This document shows positions 1-12,885 of a DNA stretch of 64,000 bases, one piece after another; within the stretch, counting starts at the first letter, position 1; each line of letters begins with the position of its first letter. The position numbers were made by a program, and so were the translations under genes. The stretch is from contig NC_058132.1 of assembly GCF_016433145.1 (NCBI RefSeq), forward strand, positions 87,323,181-87,387,180, written 5' to 3'. Origin of the DNA: Gracilinanus agilis. Taxonomy: Eukaryota. The notes below the pieces were generated by a model. The model ran no database searches, was not told where the DNA came from, and saw only the letters and a program-made list of their open reading frames with translations.

Positions 1-15
1 CTCTCTCTCTCTTTT

Positions 16-89
<74 letters not shown>

Positions 90-102
90 ATTTTCTCTCT
101 CT
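1..102. repeat. (CT)n microsatellite
   Basis: Near-perfect CT dinucleotide run from the window start to about 102. Confidence 0.97.
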
Positions 103-444
103 TTGTTGGTGCTTCAGTGGGACACTTTCTTTAGTTTGAGCTTTGGTGAGATTCTTAGCCTTGTGTGTGCTGATGGTTCTCAGCAGATTTTTTAGTGTCT
201 CCTGGCTCTTCAAATTTCAGCTCCCTAATTAGGACTATGGATACTGGTGAGATTCACTTTTGGATTTGCATTTGGGGTCTGGAGGCATTAGGATTAGGAT
301 TTAGGCTATTTGTAGCTAGTTGATTTTTTTTCCTACCTCTTTCCTTTCCCCCCACTTTCATATCTCTACATTGTTGTAAATAAAAAACTGCTTATAGTAA
401 TTTTGACTGGAGAAGTCAATTTTTTTTTATAAATAGCGACCACA
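1..444 (+). mobile_element. 3' part of a probable LTR containing the (CT)n tract
   Basis: AATAAA near 379 followed by ...ataaatagcgaccaCA at 444. This resembles opossum ERV LTR 3' ends as I recall them. The 5' end lies outside the window. Confidence 0.4.
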
Positions 445-1015
445 ATTTAATTATTTTAATTCTTATATTTAGTCAAACCAATTCTAAATCTTACAGAGCC
501 AACAGAAGTTAATGTCTCCAAAGGATAATAAGAAATATTGAAACAAAGTCATAACAATGAAAATTTTGAAAAAAAAAATGAGATATATGCCCCAACATCT
601 AAAATTTCCAAAATATAGTTCAAGAAGACATACTTTCAAAGTCATCAGACTCTGGAAGCTGTTAAACTGGAAAAAACATAGAACTATTAAATGTCAGAAA
701 AAAACACATCTTTAATTAGGAAAGAGATAGTGCATAATAACTGGGCCTCCACACAGAGTCTCTTGCTCAAAATCACACAGAGTTGAAGGCCCTGGCATTC
801 TGGCTACACCATCCCTGGGAGTGCCAACCAGGCTAGATTGACAGCCCTGGGGAATAAAAGAATTTGGGAAACATATACCCTTTTAGGGGAATTGAAGATG
901 GGAGAGTATAGTTGTTTGGCTTTATCATGGCTACAAAGAAAATGAGGAGTCCTAGATAGGATTATCAGGGAGCGGCTGATACTTTACAATGGGCACAAAA
1001 GAGAAAGATTTAGCC

Positions 1016-1320
1016 CAGTGATGGGCAACCTTTTGAGCTTCCTGTGTCAAAAATCGCCAAAAAACTGAGCATAACTCAGGTGGTGTGTCACTTCAAGAAA
1101 AAAACCCATAATTTTGAGATATTTATAGTTTAAATAACAAAAATGTATAATTGTAATATAAATTACCTGCATTTAATAAACCAAAAATTGATAAATTAAT
1201 ATAGATAGAATTGTCATCTATAGTGCACAGAATGTCTACACTACACTACAACAAATGTTTCATCCTCAGCAAGTGGCCCCACACTTCTTTGTATGAGGCC
1301 GTATCAGGCTGTGTGTCATC
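1016..1320 (+). mobile_element. Non-autonomous hAT transposon (OposCharlie/OC1-like), right end not intact
   Basis: Starts with CAGTGATGGGCAACCTTTT, a hAT TIR of the OC1/OposCharlie type, and has typical subterminal gtgtca motifs. No matching right TIR was found. Confidence 0.65.
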
Positions 1321-1335
1321 AAGAATGTCTCTAGA

Positions 1336-1541
1336 GGGCAGCTGGGTTGTTCAGTGAATTGAGAGCCAGGCCTAGAGACTGGAGGTCCTGCGTTCAAACC
1401 TGGCCTCAGACACTTCCCAGCTGTGTGACCCTGGGCAAGTCACTTGACACCCATTGCCTAGCCCTTACCACTCTTCTGCCTTGGAACGAATACACAGAAT
1501 TGACTCCAAGATGGAAGGTAAGGGTTTAAAAAAAAAAAAAA
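1336..1541 (+). mobile_element. SINE1_MD-like tRNA-derived SINE with poly(A) tail and TSD
   Basis: gggcagctggg...ggttcaaa-like head, core gtgtgaccctgggcaagtcactt, poly(A). TSD AAGAATGTCTCTAG (1321-1334) / AAGAATGGCTCTAG (1540-1553). Confidence 0.92.
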
Positions 1542-4499
1542 GAATGGCTCTAGCCAAAGGTCTGGGCTACCTTAGAAAGGACATTGACACAAATTGAGAA
1601 ACTACCAGGACAAAAGGAGGGTACTTCACACCTGATTAAGACTGCTAGCTCCACTTAAAATACTTTAAAGTCTGTTGTTAGTCTGAAACTTGTGAAGTTG
1701 GGATTTCCCTCTGGGAGAAATTCTCATGAGACAAAGTCAAGGTTGGGGTCTTTAGACCTCATGCTGCTACAAACTTGGGGATCTCTTAGATTCCATGTTG
1801 ATAAAGCCATAACTAAATGCAAAACCTGAATGCTATATTTCTGGAAATCCTAAAAGCAAACTACCTTTCTATTAGACGAAGGCAAAAAAAATGAGAAGAA
1901 TCCTTAGGTCACTTTCTTAAGGAAACCATAAAACAAAAACTCCCAGGAATGTAAAAACCTAATACAGAACTTCTGAGTCAAACAAACAAACAAACAAAAC
2001 ACTACACGTATCCAGAAAGAAAAAGGTCAAGTGCCAAGGAAATACATTTTCTGTACTTAGAAATATATAATATTTGGCAATAGCTACCTTAAGAGGAGAG
2101 AAAATTTTTCATTTTTATGTTTAAATTTTTAAAATTTAAAATGTGTTACATTTAAATATCTAGTTAACTCCTTCTTATTCCTCCCTCCATTAGAAAGGCA
2201 AAGATAAAGGCTTATAATAAAGAACAAGTAACCTTGAAAAACTGAATATAACCCTAACTGTAGGAAAAAATGATTTTTTTAATGGAATAGATAACTTTCA
2301 AGGAATCTTCATGAAAAGATTGGGGCTGAGTAGAAACTTTTAAATACAGACACTGGAGTCAAGAAACAAATTTAATACATTTGAACATTTGGAAGGGGCT
2401 AAATCATGATGAATCTCACATTTGAATAGAGAAAAAAATGGGACAAGTATCTTCTTCGGATTAAAGTCAGGAGGTCAGAATCCTCAGGGGCAATGCTCCA
2501 TATTTTCCTGAAGTCAGTCACCTTTGATATCTAAATATAAATTTGGTTTGTTATCCACAAAATGAATAGACTGATAAAAAGCAGAGAGCTCACATTCGAT
2601 AGCTGCTTGGGGGCTGTCCTGGGCTATCTCTCTCTTTCCAATAAAGAACTTTTATGTGGTCCTTTGTTCCTTCTTCCAAGGAATATTGAATAAGACTACT
2701 AGCTTTTGTGAAGAAAAATGAAATTATAAATAGCATAGAGGCACATACATTTGAAGAACATCAAGAATTAAACACATCCCTTCCACATCCGGGGGGTTGG
2801 GGATATGGCACCCCTGTGATCTCGAAAATCTGTATAAAAATGTTGGCCCTCCCTTCATATCAAAGAAGAAGTCTATATTTTTTTTCCTTTTTTCTTCAAT
2901 GGCATATTTACAGTACCTTATCATGAAATTTGGGTTAAATATTTTATCAAAGGCTATTTTGTGCATTTCTGAGTTTCTAATGTTTTTCCATGTCATCTGA
3001 GGCTTCTGCAAAATTGCCCCCAAATTTTTATTTAATTTCTTATGGTGAACAGATATCAAAATTGCAATGGAAAAGTCACTATATGGAAAAGATACTTGTA
3101 TTTTGGAGGACCTATAGTACCTGAGATAGCTTCCATTTCTCTCATTCCCTCTTTTTTTCTCCCTTTGATGCTAAATCCAGCTTCTCATGTTGGAATCTAC
3201 TCAATGTCTTTAAACCACTGGGAATGTGCCTTTTCAAAAAAAGCAACCCTGCATCAAATAATTATATTCACCATTTGTTTTTGTGAATTTCATCCATGTT
3301 GCCCACCTCCAATCAGTCATTAAGAAGTCCTTTGACAAGGAAGATGAATTGGTCTATTGGGCAGTATATTGACACATTTTTTTCTACCTTCACAAGAACA
3401 ATATTTGATAAATGATAGAAAGAAAAATATGTGTTAAATAGACACAGTATTAATGAAGCACCATGTGCCAGGCTGATTGATAAGGATTTGAATACAAACA
3501 GTCAAAAAGTACTTGCCACATTCTAATGTGAAAATATGTATGGGTGATGGAAAAAAAGTCAAAGGGTAAACAGTATGATGTGGAGATGGTCAGAAATGTG
3601 GCGAGGAGGCTTAGTTTAGAGTAAGATAAAAACAAAAGATGACCTATCATCCAGGACTCCCAGGGGTTGAGTCCAAATTTCCATCAAAGAGGAGACGGGA
3701 GATAGGGGAGAGAAAAGAGAGATGCAGATGGTGACCAGAGTGGAGGCAACATGTGGAGAGGACTGAGAAGTAAAGTATGATAGGATTAAAGTATTGATTT
3801 AATTCCTGCAGAGCAAGAGGTAGAAGGGAGGTACTATAGGGAAGAGGGGAGAGAAAAGTATAATGAGAAGGCAGAGCATATGGGAAAAATGGGGAAGATG
3901 TCTGTTTGGATGTTCAGCTTGGTTAGGTCTAGTGGTCTATGGAGAGTTAGTGGATTTAATTTACATCTAATCATTCACCTATTAGCCATCTTGATCTGAA
4001 ACTTTAAAGCTGAGTATATTAAGTCTCCTCAGTGACTTGGGGCATTTTTGCTTGGGCATTCTGCTCCAGCACTGCTGATCTAGGGGGAGAAAAACAAAGA
4101 AGTGAAAACATTAAAGGCAAGATGAGTGGGATGGCTCTCTAGGTGGAAAGAATCCTCTTGTCTGGTGATGAAGATGATAAAGATTTCCATGGAAACTGAT
4201 AGGACCAGCTTATAAGTTGAATCACTAAGTGAGAAAGTAGTGAAAAAGCAGAAGTTCCAGTGTAGAACTTTTGTTTTAACCAATTGTTAAGTATAGGAAA
4301 AGGTGAGGATCCCATAAAGGAGTTGGGTGAAGTCCGTCTTATGCTTATAGAATCTGAGCTATGGTTATAATGAATGTGTTTGTCTCTAAATCCTAGTATC
4401 AGCATTGATTAACGTATGACTTTTTCATGCTATGCCCTTACTCCGGACATCAGATCCTCATTAGTAAAGTGAGATGTTTGGAATAAATAAGGTCTAAGG

Positions 4500-4772
4500 C
4501 AGTATTGGTGAATCTTTTAGAGACCATGTGCTTATTCCTCCCCCCCCCCCCCGAGACAGGGGAAGGAGGCAGAACTCCCACTGGGCTGCTTGGCAGAGGT
4601 GCAAATGAAATGAAGAATGTTTTCAGGTAAGGTGGAGAGGGGGAAAGGAGTACCTCAGCCTGAGTCCCTTTGCCTTTCTAGTAATGAACTCTGGTGGGCA
4701 ATGGTGTGTATGCCCACAAAGAAGACTCTGTGTGCTGCCTGTGGCACATGTGCTTTAGATTCACCAGCATGG
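4500..4772 (+). mobile_element. hAT MITE (OposCharlie3-like)
   Basis: Imperfect TIRs CAGTATTGGTGAATCT / AGATTCACCAGCATGG. 8-bp TSD GTCTAAGG (4492-4499) / GTCTAAGA (4773-4780). Confidence 0.75.
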
Positions 4773-5701
4773 GTCTAAGATGTCTTTCTGTTCTGAGAGG
4801 TGCTAGGAAAGAAGGAGGAAATTTAAGCTTTAGGTTGAAGGCACCATGGAAGATAATAAGATGCTATAACTAAGTATGGCATACATCTAGTCAGGATAAT
4901 ATACAATTCTCTTGGAACTACTCAGACAGAGGGGCAATGGTAGAACCAAATTCCCAGGAAATAGAAAGTGATAATAAGAGGTTGATATCATAGACCAGGG
5001 AAGAGAAGAAAGATGAAAAGACTGTCCAAAGCCAGAATCAAGGGAATTCCAGCTCATTGAAAGAAAGTCACTATAAAGATGATACATTTGGGTAATGAGG
5101 GAAAAGCACTGGACATGGAGTCAAAGGGCATGGTTTTGAGTCCTATTTTAACTCTGAGCTAAGTGGTTTGGGGCAAATGAGTTAATCTTTTCTGTGGTCT
5201 TTTATAAAATGAAGAAGACTTTGTAGTCTCCTCTTGGTCTAAATTTGTGATCCTATGATCTGTAAACTGGGGCAGTAGCCATCAACCTCACAGGACTAAT
5301 ATGAAGCCTTCTCCTTGGTAACAAAGTGGTGGCAGTCATTCTGCTGAATACTTTGAATTTTCTGGTTTGGCCTGACATGGAAGAAGAGGAAAGTGTGTAT
5401 TGTAGTGGGGTATGTTTGGAGTAAGAAGAGGAAGTAGTCAAGGCTGGGTTCCTGAATTTTCACTTTCAAGGGAACCGTTAATCTTTGCTATATATCAGTA
5501 TGACAGTAAGTAAATAGTAACATTAATTTTGGGGATGACCTGGGAGGCTGCATAATACAGGGGAATGGCTCCTCAGAAGATGACATAACCAATTATTTTA
5601 TCCCTTCTTTCCCTCCTGCAAGCCATGCTTCACACAGCTGTAGAAGTGATTTTCTTAAGAAAAGATTTGTAATACTGCCCTACTCAATAAACTTTAGCAA
5701 T

Positions 5702-5840
5702 AATAATAGCTAACAATTATATAGTAATACGACATGCCAAGCATTGTGCTAAGCACCTCATAGTTATTATTTCATTTGATCCTCACAAAAACTGGGAGAT
5801 AGGTCCTATTATTATCTCCATTTTACAGATGATAAAACAG
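5702..5840 (-). mobile_element. MIR/CORE-SINE fragment
   Basis: gtgctaagcac...tttgatcctcac...ccattttacagatga matches the MIR tail and core on the minus strand. Confidence 0.7.
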
Positions 5841-8094
5841 TCAAATAAATAAAACCTACTCTGATAGTGAAAGTCGAGCTTAATCTGGCTGCCATCTACA
5901 TCTTAATTTGTAATATGTAATATGTAAACATTATTCTCCATCACCTATTCTATTGTGCTGTTCTTGCTGACTTTCATACAGGCCTCTCCATCTCCCATCT
6001 ATCTCTTTTATATCCTGTCCTCATTCCTGGGAAGTCCTACTTCCTCATCTCTGACTAAGAATCCTTAGTTTTATTTAAAGCTCAATTCTGGTATCACCTT
6101 CTGCATTAAGCCACCTCAAATTCTATCTTTGATAGAGTATAAGTTTTTAGAAACCGGGGAGAGTTTTGTTTTTGTTTCTGTACCTCCCACGCCTACTGTG
6201 ATGTCTAGGATATTGAAGGTGCTTAATAAATATTTGTTGGTTGATTGACTTTAGTTGTATTAGTGGGCATAGAGTTTTATGCCATGATTTTCCCTTGGTT
6301 CAGTGGATCTTAATTCAATTGATCTTAAACTATTATAATTGCTCAGTTGTTTTCTCTTGAAATCCCTATTATATCTCAGGAGGCACCATAATCCCACCTG
6401 AGAATTTACTATTTATTTTAGCCCATAGCATGTAATTTATGGATGTACGGACATTATCCCATGATGATTCAAAACGTCCAAAGCCATTTCTACCAGACCT
6501 CTCTTCTGGGAAAGAATTCCCTCAGAAGCTAGAAATCATTTGATGCTATGACAATTACTCCAATATTGGGAATAGCCTGAATTAGCTCTCCTGCCTCTGC
6601 GGACCATTCCTTAAGTTTTCCAATGAGGCTGGAAGAGAAAATTCTTTGAGAACTTCCAATAGCTTCTCTTCCCCCTATATGCTTACCATTTCTTCCCTGC
6701 CTCCTTTTTTGACTCTTAAGAGCTACAGCTGGTGCCTAGTTTCTCTGAAGATGATGCTGAGTATCTTATGAAGTCTGAGACCATAAGCAACTTGGTTTAA
6801 GGAATAACAGTGTGTTGTGTTCTGGGGTGGTATTCAAGAGGGAGAGAGTTCCATCTCAGTGGTGCCCAGTCTTTCCATCAGGAAAGAAACAATCCCAGAA
6901 TAAGGAGGTAAGTAAAAGGTCAGTAGATTGGTGAGTGTAGGGTTCAGACTTTGGAATTAAATTATTGTGACTATGCATGGAGGTAGAGGGGAGATAATGT
7001 CTGACAGAATATTTAGGAGAGTTATCTGACAAGCTATACAAGGACACCTTTTGATTCAGCACAGACTCGTTTTCTTTTCCAAAGAATATCTTCTCAAACA
7101 ATCACATCAAATCAATAAAATCCAGTGTTGAGGTTGTCAGTATAGAAGGAACACTAGCTGTTGAGATATCAGTGAGAGGATCATTCAAGATAGTGAAGAT
7201 GGTGGCAATCATGGAAAGTTTAGAAGAATATTATTATAGAATCTTAAAATTGGAAGTCACTCTAGAGGCCACATGGTATATTTCTACCCCAAACATAAAC
7301 AAAGTTCGTTTCCAGAGAACAGTGGGTTTTTCATTGACTTTGAAAGGAATGGAAAGATAAAGGAAGGAGAACATGACCCTAGGAGGATATTGTCTAGATA
7401 ATTTCAGAAACTAGAGATTAAGAGTTATGTGTAGAGGTTGATGCTTTAAATTAATGAAAGTTATATAAAGTAGAAATGTTCTAGTCAGGAAATACTTACT
7501 ATAAACACTTGACCGAGGAGTCCAGATATTTTCTTGTAGGCAGTAGAGAGCCATTATAGATTTCTGAACAAGGAGGCAGTTGGAAGGGTTAAGGATCAAG
7601 TTTCCGGTAATGTCAGGGGCATCCTATAGAGAAGAAGAGATTGAAGTCAGGGATGGGATATACATCAAGGCTTTGGGGGCATTTGAAGTGGATATAAAGA
7701 GAGGGAAAGTATTAGAGGGTTGTGAGAATAGCAGTAGGGAATAAAAATTGAACACCATGATTAGATCCCAAATTAACATGGAGTGGAACAGAAGTGGAAT
7801 TAGGAGAGGGACAGGAGGGGTGGGAGGAAAAAGCCCAGAGAAAAGGAGAAATAATTCAAATTCCACAAAAGAATTGTGCATATAGGGTGCTGAAACTTTC
7901 CTTCACTTATATCCCTTCTGATCATCTTCTTTTTCAATTCTAGTTTTTTGACTCAAATTAGATGTAGGAACTAGTGAGAAAAAGTCCTATCCTTTAGATA
8001 TTTAGAACCCAAAGAGAGGACTATCAAGTAAGATTTGAAAGGAACCTCAAGAATCACTTACTTTAACCTTTATCTTTAACCTGATCTAAAGTAG

Positions 8095-8330
8095 CAATGT
8101 TGGATAGTAGAAAGAGGACTGGATTTGGAGCCAGGGCAACTAGATTAGAATTCCATTGCTAATGCTTATTACTTCTGGTACCTCAGATAAATCATTTAAT
8201 CTCACTTTTCCTCTTTCCTCACTCTTATAATGGAGATAATAATAATGTCTACTTCATGAGGTTTTTTGGGGGATGAAAGGAAATGATATATATTTAAAAT
8301 GCTTTACAAAGCTTAATGTATTCTATAAAT
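8095..8330 (+). mobile_element. MIR/CORE-SINE
   Basis: gtagaaagaggactggatttggag head, core, and a gctttacaaagctt-type tail. Confidence 0.65.
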
Positions 8331-9509
8331 TCTAGCCATCATCATCATCATCATTGTAATCATTTTTAATCAGTCTACTAATACTGTCAAAAAAGGAAAT
8401 GAGGTGAGAATGGTAATATTTATTCTTGATAAAGAACAAATCTTAGCAAACATTGCTTCCCCCACCAAATGCACACAAACCATCTCTTTAATAATATATT
8501 ATAGGATTTGTTAAAGAATGAATGACAACTGAGAATTTGATCAATTTATTTTATTGCAATTTTTAAAAATTACCATTCCTGTCCACTATGATTTTTGATC
8601 ACTTATTGATTGTGGCTCAGCAATCACAAAGAATTATAAGATCTCAAAGTTGAAAGGGAAATCAGAGGGTATGGAGTTCAGCATACATGACCTAGAATCC
8701 TTTCTAAGCCACCAGTAACAAGTGATTATCTACTCTAACTTAAAGAGTACTAGTGAGGGGGAAACCCACAATTTCCCAGGGGGCTTATTATCTTTTGGAG
8801 AATTGTGATTATTAAGAAAGTTTTTTTTAATGTAGAAATTAAATCTGTTCTTCTTCACTTATTGGTCTTAAATTTATCCTCTGGGACCAAGGAGAAGGAG
8901 TCTAATAATCCTTTTGCTGCATTAATTTCTTCAAATACTTGCAAGGATGTATGAAGTCTCTATCAAATCTTTTCTTTTCCATGTTACACATTCCCACTTC
9001 CTTCAACTGACCATCCTGTAGATAAGGCCTTGTACCATCCTGACTGCCCTTCTCTGGATGGTTTCAAGCTTATCCTAGTCACTTCTTAACTGTTGCAGCC
9101 CCAAAAGAACGAAATTATTTAGAAGTGATTTGATCAGGACAGAGAAAAAGGATACTATTAATTCCCTCCTTTTTAACAACCTACTTCTATTAAAGTAGTT
9201 TAAGATTGACTGAATTTTCTTCCAGTTATATCCTACTTTTGACTTCTGTTGAACTTGTGGTCTATTAATATCCTCGTATTTCCTGGAGACAAAATGGTAT
9301 ATAATTGTACCTCTCCAAATTGGTCTGCGTTCCCTGCCAAGACTTTTTTTTATCTTACAATCTGTTTTTATTATCTTACAATCTTATGATTGTTTAGATT
9401 ATATAGCAAAGAACAAATACCTGGGCCATTACTTTAGGGGAGACCTCTTTTGGATCTATATATTTATTCATTTCTGAATCTTCACAAATATATTATTTTG
9501 TTGTCCACA

Positions 9510-9660
9510 GCTTTTCAATCAATCATTTAACATTTATTAAGCACCTACTATATGCTAGACACTGTATTAAACTCTGAAGATGCAAAGAAAGGCAAAAGAT
9601 AGTTCTTGCTTTCAGGGAGCTCACAGTTTAATAGTGGTGACAACATGTCAACAACTACAT
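9510..9660 (-). mobile_element. L2 3' end fragment
   Basis: tcaatcaatcatttaacatttattaagcacctactatatgctag is the reverse complement of the L2 tail. Confidence 0.75.
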
Positions 9661-11034
9661 ACAAACTACACTTAGTCAGGATGAGTTGGGGGGAATCTCA
9701 GAAGGAAGGTATCAAAGGACAGTATAAAAGATCTTCAGATCCTTTGATAATACCCAAGAAATTTCATTTTCTGTTTCCTTCTTTATTCTGTTATATTGTC
9801 AGACCAGGCCTGGTACTTTATATTTTTAAAAAAAAACTGCTAGGGATCACTTTTCTTGAATTTCAACTTTACATTAGTTTTCTGTTTTCCAGACCAATGA
9901 TTATTCCCTTTGCTAAAGAAAACAAAGCAACATAAAGTTTGAGGAAATTTAACTTTTCCATTATATCTTATTACTGTTTTATTCTTATTGAGCAGAGGAA
10001 TAGCCCCTTCTTTGTTATTCTTCTTTCCCTACATATATCTTTTTTAAAAATGTTTTTTGTTCATATTAGTATTCTTAGTCAAGTTTATTTTGAGCATTAG
10101 CATTCCTAATACTATTCTTAAAGGATCATCCATTCTCTTATATTTATTCCAAAAGTAATTACATCTTCTATACATGTTCTTTAAAAATCTATTTCAGTGA
10201 ATGAACTCCCAGTGCAACCACATATATACATCAATGAAATTAAAAAGTCATTTGTAGCCTTCTCAGTCTTATTTCCTCTGTTGAATTTGAAGGTATGAAA
10301 TCCTATTAATCCTTTCTATGAGCCATTGGAAAACTAGCTTCACAAAATCAGGGTGCATGACAGATTATGCAAAGCTTTCTTCTTTTCTATTATCAACTCA
10401 AATCCTGCAGACTTCTTCCCAAAGTCATCATTATTTCTATGCATATAACCAGTTTATCCATGTTGGTAAAAATTAGGATAGTAGTTCACCTTCTGGATTC
10501 CTCAACTTTTGAATAATAAATTTTCCCAAGACAAGTTAGAAATATTTCAGTTGCTTTCATTTTAGCAAAATGAGATAGATCTAGCAGACACCCAAAAAGG
10601 AGAATATATCTGTTACAGGATTGTGACCTCTTTTGTAAAACTCAAATTTCCTCCTTCTGTTCATATTTTCTATAGTATTTATTAACATTGAATATATATA
10701 TTTTTGGTGTTCATATATTCCCTTGAAAATTCTTTGCAGCCTCAAACCTTCCTATCTGTTACTCATTTTTATGTATTCTTTCTCCATCTTCCCTTGTTTT
10801 CCTTCTCCAAAACTATGTATCTCACCTCTGCCTTTTCCGATGCCCCACTTTCCCTCTGTTTACCCTCCCAAATTCTTTCTTATTCCTTTTCCAGCTTGAT
10901 GTTTTCCATTTATCCAGGTTTTCTGTCTCTTCATTCTCTGGAATCTTCCATACTCCTCTTCCAGATGCCATTAGCTCTACCAACTAATTGATGCAGTAGG
11001 ATTCTTTCTTTGCAAATATTTGCCACAGTCAAAA

Positions 11035-11682
11035 TGAAATATTGGATTAAGCATTTTATGACAGAGTTGAAACTACATGGGAAAAATCACTTCTCTTTTT
11101 ATATTTTCCCCTCCCCCTCCCTGTTTTTCTGAGATTAGTAGGTTTCTTTCCACTTTACATAATTCTTTTTAATAGATATTACTACATGGTTTATATACTA
11201 CTACTACTACTACTAATAGACTTGGTTTTGACCCAGCTGAAGGATAAATGAGGGATAATCCGAAGCTTTTAGTGGCAGGTATAGGACAGTTATTAAAAGG
11301 AGGTGGAAGCTTTTGGAGAGAGTTCCCAAACAAGGTTTCAGGGTTGAGGGGAGTTGATCCTGGAGAGGACCTGAGAGAGGCAGCCTAGAGCTAGATGAAG
11401 AAATGAAAACATTTCTGCTTTATAGCACAGAGCCAGTGAAGGATCACAAGGGAGCAGGAAAGGTAGATCAGAGAACAATAGTTGGGAGGAAGTGGACCAC
11501 CTCATTTTAGGACCCCTGAGGCAAGGTCTCTGTCTTCCCTCCCCAGTAATGCTTCTTCTGGTTGATGCAAAAATTACTGGTGAAAGGATTCACATTAATC
11601 TGAAGGGAACTCTCTCGTGGAATCTTCCCCAGAGATTTATCTTCTGAATATAAAAACATGGTACCCCCAATTTTTTTTATCA
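11035..11682. mobile_element. Possible solo LTR
   Basis: TG...CA bounded segment with LTR-like composition and an internal (CTA)n run. No convincing TSD. Confidence 0.3.
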
Positions 11683-12709
11683 GAGACTAGGACAAAGCCA
11701 TAGATGGTATGCTTATTACATTTAAAGATTTTACACATTAGGCAGAAATGCTAAACAGATTAGGTAAGAATCAGGATTGAAAAAATCTCAAGAAATTAGA
11801 ATGGTCAACTGAACTAAATGATGAAATTTAATAGTGATAAACATAAAGGTATACTTGGATGAAAACAATATTTTCAAGTCATGAATATTCAGTCAGTCCA
11901 TGTGTATTTATTAAGTACCTACTAAGTGCCATTCAGTGTAATGTTTTCTCTTTCTCTTGCCACATGACCATCTTTTTGTTGTTTTTATCTATTTCATTGA
12001 AGATGTCTTTCCTCCTGTTCTTCAAATGATTGGGAAGGATAAGAGGAACAGTCCAAATGTTCTGTTGATACCACTGAGTCGTCAGAGGAGAAAAAGAAAG
12101 GCCTCAGTAGTAAACATATGGGAGGACATGGAGAGGAGTCTTGCATGATGAACAAGCATGGATAGGTGGTGATATGAATCATTAAAAGAACATCTAAATG
12201 AGTTTAGAACCCATTTCAATATGATTTGAAAAATGCTAATGAGTGGGGGATGGTAGAAAATTGAATTGTAAGCAGTATGGTTTCACAAAATAGCAAAACA
12301 TATTAGAGGAGGCAATGAGCCTGCAGAAAGTTGACATGAGCTTCATCAAAGCTAGATCATCCCAAGAGATTTTAATAGATGAAACTGAAAAGACTACTAG
12401 AAGCAAAATGGAGTAGATTTATCAGCATTTCTATTGCAATCAATTCTCATCCTTGATGACAGTGGGACCATTGTATGTGGACTCCAACACTCCAATCTGT
12501 CATCATAAAAAACTCATACATTCTTTCTACGTGTGTAACTTTTACAAATGAAAATATGTGCAAAGATTGAGGTTATCTTTAAGGAATATGTAAAAAAAAT
12601 CAAGTTTATCTTTTTTCTTCTCTTCTTTCATTATTTCCCCCTATTTTTCTTTTCTTTTCCCTCTCTTATTTCCTCTTTTAAAATTTCTTTCTCTCTCTTC
12701 CTTTCTTCT

Positions 12710-12885
12710 TTCACCCATCCTTAGGCAGCCTCATGTTCCCCTGCTACCAGGAACTCATCATATTGGTGCTGGACTTACTGAGGACACTGGAATGACTATA
12801 GTCCTTTTGCAGCTCAGAACTCTTGAGCTCAGTTGATCTGCCAACTTTGGCCTATCCCAGTAGCAGGAATAACAGGTGTGCCACT
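12710..12885 (-). pseudogene. 7SL (SRP) RNA-derived retrocopy (P7SL-like), 3'-truncated
   Basis: ttcacccatccttaggcagcct...catattggtgctggactta...gcagctcagaactcttgagctcag...cagtagcaggaataacaggtgtgccac aligns with the reverse complement of the 7SL 5' Alu domain plus part of the S domain. The adjacent pyrimidine tract (about 12610-12709) reads as a purine-rich tail on minus. Confidence 0.8.

Larger units (their letters stand above)
500..2460 (+). mobile_element. Decayed L1 ORF1-region remnant interrupted by younger insertions
   Basis: About 555-700 and 2270-2440 align by eye with 17280-17400 and 17715-17890 (e.g. ttaatggaatagataact..caag.aatctt.atgaaaagattgg), which lie upstream of an L1 endonuclease-like segment. 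Confidence 0.45.
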
